Origin: Bdellovibrionota bacterium
GTDB lineage: Bacteria; Bdellovibrionota_C; UBA2361; OMII01
Assembly (NCBI GenBank): GCA_044345405.1
Contig: JBIJBE010000015.1
Coordinates: 1-64,000 of the forward strand
Direction: 5' to 3'
Length of the DNA: 64,000 nt
Position numbers and translations under genes: made by a program. The notes below the pieces were generated by a model that was given only the letters and a program-made list of their open reading frames with translations, was not told the DNA's origin and did not search any database. Positions 59,933 to 64,000 of this stretch are shown in pieces (the first letter of the stretch is position 1; every line of letters starts with the position of its first letter).

Positions 59933-60331
59933 CTAGCGATTAAGTATATCCTGCATCTTCTCCTGCAGAGCCTCAACCGTGAACGGTTTGGCGATGTAGT
60001 TCGAAACTCCCGCTCTGGCGGCTTCAATAATATTCTCTTTCTTGGTCTCGGCGGTGACCATCAAGAAGGGCATTCGTCGATACTTATCATCAGCTCGAAT
60101 CGCTCGGAGAAGATCGATCCCCATCATCTTGGGCATGTGCCAATCGCAGATAATAAACTCGACCTCTTGATCAGCCTGGAGCTTTTCAAGGGCATCGACG
60201 CCATCGGTCGCCTCTACAACGTTTTCAAACCCAAGGGCGAGAAGGGTGCGCTTGATCAACTTGCGCTGCGTCGGGAAATCATCGACGACCAGTATCTTCA
60301 TATCCCGTTTTGATTCGTAGTTGCTCGGCAT
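59933..60331 (-). CDS. cheY: Chemotaxis response regulator
   Basis: KILVVDD, DGVDAL, CDWHMPKMMG, PFLMVTAE, AGVSNYIAKPFT. Confidence 0.9.
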   Translation of the reverse strand: MPSNYESKRDMKILVVDDFPTQRKLIKRTLLALGFENVVEATDGVDALEKLQADQEVEFIICDWHMPKMMGIDLLRAIRADDKYRRMPFLMVTAETKKENIIEAARAGVSNYIAKPFTVEALQEKMQDILNR

Positions 60332-60399
60332 TCCCAGTCCCTAGAGGAGCACGCACCCGCAAAGCGGAGCGCGAATGCTCGCCTATTATCCTATCGGTA

Positions 60400-60427
60400 A
60401 GGTCGGCATGCCTCCCAAAAAACTTGA
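60400..60427 (-). promoter_or_regulatory. sigma28-like promoter of cheY
   Basis: TCAAG-N15-GCCGACCT on the minus strand. Confidence 0.6.
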
Positions 60428-60448
60428 GAGCGAGAGTACGTTTCCCAG

Positions 60449-61045
60449 TTATTTCAATGACCTACGGGGCGCCGTTGGGCAGAATTCGCGCCTATCGTTC
60501 TCGACGGTGAGGGCGTTATCACCCCAGTCGTGTCCTACGACCGGAGAGTTATACGGAAACCGTCCCTCATCCTGTGGGTTATAGGTCTCACTCGTGATGT
60601 AGAAAAGGTGCGCTTGGTTAGAGAGCACCTTACATCCGTGAAGAACTCCTGGCGGGATCTTCACGCACACCTCTCGCGCGCTTGAGTCCTCGCTCGAATC
60701 ACCCATCTCAATGATCATCTTTTGCTTGTAGGTCGAACTCTCTGGCCGATTGTCGTAGAGCACGGTCTGGATCTTCCCGATCGGGCAGTACCACCAATCG
60801 GTCTGAATGTGGTGATAGTGCCACGCCTTCACGACGTCCTTCGCCATCTTGCTGTGGCTCCACTGTCCAAAGAAACCACCTTGGAAGAACGGATCCGTTA
60901 CTCGAATCACCTCACGAAAGAATCCACGCGGATCGGGATGAGTCTTAAGCTCTTTAACGATCACGCCCTCGAGCACGACATTCGATGAACCGTTTTCCAT
61001 TCCACTTGCTCCACTCAGCACGTCCGCTACCGCTTCCATGAACAT
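60449..61045 (-). CDS. dTDP-4-dehydrorhamnose 3,5-epimerase family (RmlC-like)
   Basis: DPRGFFRE, KAWHYH, YDNRPESST, IPPGVLHG. Confidence 0.85.
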   Translation of the reverse strand: MFMEAVADVLSGASGMENGSSNVVLEGVIVKELKTHPDPRGFFREVIRVTDPFFQGGFFGQWSHSKMAKDVVKAWHYHHIQTDWWYCPIGKIQTVLYDNRPESSTYKQKMIIEMGDSSEDSSAREVCVKIPPGVLHGCKVLSNQAHLFYITSETYNPQDEGRFPYNSPVVGHDWGDNALTVENDRREFCPTAPRRSLK

Positions 61046-61075
61046 TCACCCAACACATCAACTACGTTACATTCC

Positions 61076-62359
61076 CTAGCTTTGAATCTTCGACGGTACC
61101 GAATCGAGGAGCTGATTAATCGTCGTGACGCTCTGTACGGTAGTAAGCGAACGGTGCCCCGCCGCCAACGTCCCGTGCTCGGACTCAACAGACCCACCAT
61201 CATTCAAATACAGCGGCATGACCGGAAAAGCCTCGCGCGCGCACGCGACCACACCGAAGAGAGCGGGATCAGAATCTTTTAACGTCCCCACACCCTCTAA
61301 TGGAAGCTTTCGCGCCTTGGTTCGTATCGCCATCAACTCAGTAAGTCCAAGTCGATACAACTTGCCCAAACCAAGTGCCTCATACACCACCTTGATCGAG
61401 TAGCCGGTGCCGCTCGTCATCCGCTCAAGCGCGATATTAATCGCTCCTTTCATTCGCTCAGCGATATCAAGAACGCTCTCCTGATTGGAGAAGTCGACAC
61501 CCCACCGAACTACCGCGGCGTTCATGAGGTAGGTAAACTCCATCTCAAGCTCATCGCGGTCCGAGGCGTCTCGCACGAGCTCCGCGAAGAGCTTCGTTAC
61601 TCGAGCCTCATAGATGAGGGGCTCAATACTTCTAATGTCATCGACGTGGCCCCGACCCTTCTTAGCCTCAACCTCCGCTTTCGCTTCGGCGAAAGAGTAT
61701 GGGGCATGAGCGGCCGACGCCACCTCTGGTTCAGGAACCCCCTCCGCGGCGAGCCGCTTCTGTCGTTCCTGAAACGACTCCTCCTCGAGCATCGAGTTCG
61801 TCGCGACCGACATGATAGAGATGAGTTGGTAGAAAAGCTCCGCGCTCGATTCAAAGATCAACGCGAGCAACCGAGCGAGAAGAAAATGTTTATCGGCGTC
61901 CTCGGTTTTAATCCCTATCCAGGTGTGCCCCTTATCGGGTGTATGAAAACCGGGGCCAGGTGGCTGATCGGTCGGCTCATCGAACACCTTAACTTCCACG
62001 TACTTCTCAATCAGGATCGCGAGCAACTTAAGATCGACGATCTTGATGAATTTCTGCAGAAGCTCCAACGATTCGGTTTCATCAGTGAGCGCGAGCCACT
62101 CCCACAGAGCCTCCTCGTTGAGAGCGTCGCCTGCCCACAGATCGAAATCGGTCAACAGTCGACACTGCTCCATTGAGGCCATCATGATGATATCGGACGA
62201 GGACTGAAGGCCCGTGCTCTTTATCACCATGTAGAGACTCTGAGGTGGTAGCTGTCTTACCACCTGCTCTGGAGCGTCGGCGTCAAATATCGCCTTGTAG
62301 AGATCACGGCAGGTATGCCCACGAAAGTGCGCTACCGTTGGTGAATCGGAGGGTTTCAT
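61076..62359 (-). CDS. Conserved hypothetical protein, DUF6178-like
   Basis: VRQLPPQSLY...SMEQ...DFDLW, TPD, LEEE....R..RL...G pattern recalled from deltaproteobacterial proteins. Confidence 0.6.
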   Translation of the reverse strand: MKPSDSPTVAHFRGHTCRDLYKAIFDADAPEQVVRQLPPQSLYMVIKSTGLQSSSDIIMMASMEQCRLLTDFDLWAGDALNEEALWEWLALTDETESLELLQKFIKIVDLKLLAILIEKYVEVKVFDEPTDQPPGPGFHTPDKGHTWIGIKTEDADKHFLLARLLALIFESSAELFYQLISIMSVATNSMLEEESFQERQKRLAAEGVPEPEVASAAHAPYSFAEAKAEVEAKKGRGHVDDIRSIEPLIYEARVTKLFAELVRDASDRDELEMEFTYLMNAAVVRWGVDFSNQESVLDIAERMKGAINIALERMTSGTGYSIKVVYEALGLGKLYRLGLTELMAIRTKARKLPLEGVGTLKDSDPALFGVVACAREAFPVMPLYLNDGGSVESEHGTLAAGHRSLTTVQSVTTINQLLDSVPSKIQS

Positions 62360-62922
62360 TTGGCGGGCGCGAACGTAATGTGGATCTGTCGCCCCTGCGC
62401 TGGAGAACGCTCATCCACCGTGGCGACGTCCTTAAGACGCTCGACTATCTGATCGAACTTCTCTTTTCCGAGCTCGGTGTACATCGCCTCTCGGCCTTTG
62501 AAGCGCATGACGAACTTAACTTTATCGCCCTCTGCTAAGAACTCTCGAGCGTGCTTAAGCTTAACCTCAAGGTCTCCGGAATCAGTGCGATACCGAAGAC
62601 GCAATTCCTTAATCGTATTCTCGGTACGATTCTTTTTAGCCTCTGCCTCTTTCTTCTGCTCCTTGTACTTGAACTTGCCGTAATCGAGGATCTTACAAAC
62701 TGGGGGCTTAGCCTGGGGAGCAACCTCAACGAGGTCAAGCTCCAACTCTTGCGCGCGAAGGAGCGCGTCGCGAGTTTGTAAAACACCGAGCTGCTCGCCA
62801 TCTGGCGCGATTACTCTAACTTCTTTTGCTATGATGAACTCGTTGATGCGATGGGCATCTGGAGGCGCAACCGGGCGGTTAAATCGTCCGCCCCGGAAAC
62901 CACCGGGCTTGAAAGGCTTCAA
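62356..62922 (-). CDS. infC: Translation initiation factor IF-3 (probable TTG start)
   Basis: RINEFI..EVRVI, DLVEVAP..PPVCKILDYGKFKY, GDKVK..FKGRE; GGAGG 7 nt before TTG at 62922. Confidence 0.95.
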   Translation of the reverse strand: MKPFKPGGFRGGRFNRPVAPPDAHRINEFIIAKEVRVIAPDGEQLGVLQTRDALLRAQELELDLVEVAPQAKPPVCKILDYGKFKYKEQKKEAEAKKNRTENTIKELRLRYRTDSGDLEVKLKHAREFLAEGDKVKFVMRFKGREAMYTELGKEKFDQIVERLKDVATVDERSPAQGRQIHITFAPAK

Positions 62923-63027
62923 AAAAGATCCTCCATAAAGGGTGAGGTTATAACACGGCACACAAAGGCGCCGGTCGATACGTTAACCACTGCACCGACA
63001 CGAATCAATAGGTACCTGAAATAGGGG

Positions 63028-63642
63028 CTATTTCTTCTTTCCGTCCTTTGCGGGTTCTTTCGAACCCTTAGTATCCGATGGTTTTTCGGACGCCGGAGAT
63101 GCAGATGGTTGGACCGCGACGACTTCCCTGCACTTTGGCTCACTTACATCCACCCCAAGGCAGGTCCCCTCCTGCTGCCGGCACTCCTCGGCGAGAGCCT
63201 TCTCAAGCTCCGAACGGGCGGAAAAGCTAAGCGAATTCAAAACATTAGCCTGAGAACTCATCTTAAGAGCAACGCAGGTGCCGAACGCCTCGTGGTCCCT
63301 CTTACACGCCTCGGAGGCCCGTATCCGCTGCCGGTCCGTCTCCATCTGCAGAGCCGTCCGGGCAGTTGCCTCGTCACTACCGCCCCTCTCAAGCCCCAAA
63401 AGGCGCACGATAGTCGGCTCAGGGGTGGGCCCTGGGGGCACCGGACTCAGCGTTGGGGCTGGGTTACGGCTCCCCGGGGGAGCCACGTCCGCTCGGTGGG
63501 AGGGGTTCGCGGGGGAGGGCTTTTTAGCCCACTTGTAAGAGATCTCGGATGAACACCGAAACTCAGCCACACCGGCAGGCACGCTCAACAGAAGGGAAAC
63601 GAGCGCGAGAGGCAGATAAAAAGATGAAATTCTCGCTCTCAT
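63028..63642 (-). CDS. Secreted Cys-containing hypothetical protein
   Basis: Signal peptide GVA-E, Pro-rich insert, six Cys, Lys-rich tail. Confidence 0.65.
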   Translation of the reverse strand: MRARISSFYLPLALVSLLLSVPAGVAEFRCSSEISYKWAKKPSPANPSHRADVAPPGSRNPAPTLSPVPPGPTPEPTIVRLLGLERGGSDEATARTALQMETDRQRIRASEACKRDHEAFGTCVALKMSSQANVLNSLSFSARSELEKALAEECRQQEGTCLGVDVSEPKCREVVAVQPSASPASEKPSDTKGSKEPAKDGKKK

Positions 63643-63778
63643 GTCATGAATATCGAAAAAGGCACTTCGTCGTACAGTTCGTATCGATTGGTTTGGTTTA
63701 GGTATAACGGTCCTCACACCCCGTGTGCAAGGTTAAACTGTAAACGCCCGAACTCATCCATCTTATCCACGAGGACGC

Positions 63779-64000
63779 ATGGAACAGAGCGAAGGAAGTG
63801 TTTTTCTTAGAGTTGATAGAGAGTTTGATGATCTCGCTGGTCAGCCCAACATGACGGGCAGTCCTGAGCGCCGGCTCCTGTTGGCTATCTTGGAGCGAGC
63901 GATCCTGGATTTCGTGGGGAATGACCCTCGAGAACTAGAGCAAGCGGAGCAGTGGCTCTTCGCTTCCGAGCGCGGCATTCGCAACGAACATTTTTCATTT
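63779..64000 (+). CDS. Conserved hypothetical protein, 3'-truncated by the window edge
   Basis: GAGG RBS then MEQSEG...GSPERRLLLAILERAILDFVG...AEQWLF...FSF, open to the end. Confidence 0.7.
   Translation, partial: MEQSEGSVFLRVDREFDDLAGQPNMTGSPERRLLLAILERAILDFVGNDPRELEQAEQWLFASERGIRNEHFSF

Overview
A 64-kb bacterial chromosomal segment, mostly housekeeping and envelope genes, with no CRISPR array, tRNA/rRNA, transposase or prophage that I can support. The flagellin style, the DUF6178-like gene and the Thr-Pro-repeat surface proteins suggest a Bdellovibrionota/deltaproteobacterial-grade organism (inference). Recognisable content: 3' part of a large Thr-Pro repeat protein, DUF2237, several glycosyltransferases, an ABC pair, a barrel/DUF3300/DUF2950 operon, three Flp-type pilin genes, Uup-like ABC-F, GH84, flagellin, a complete hisG-D-C-NB-H-A-F-IE operon, Hsp33, PhrB-type photolyase, Ogt, an S8 protease, RNase HI, an Lpp/OprI-like lipoprotein with an L,D-transpeptidase, Mce, purEK, Sua5, CheY, an RmlC-like gene and infC. 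Best leads: (1) three Flp prepilins, two with long acidic Ser/Gly tails (one with 14 WSSD repeats), each preceded by the sigma28-like promoter motif also found at flagellin and cheY, next to a GT2-TPR glycosyltransferase; (2) flagellin flanked by a divergent GT25 and a signal-peptide-less GH84 O-GlcNAcase-like gene, a possible glycan writer/eraser pair; (3) an unannotated His-rich leader peptide (MRISFFSHSHLHHHSA) before hisG without a classical terminator; (4) two long rod-like RNA-type structures either side of DUF2237, one 6S-RNA-sized; (5) hexamer-periodic inverted-repeat elements. Family calls come from motif recognition by eye, not database searches.
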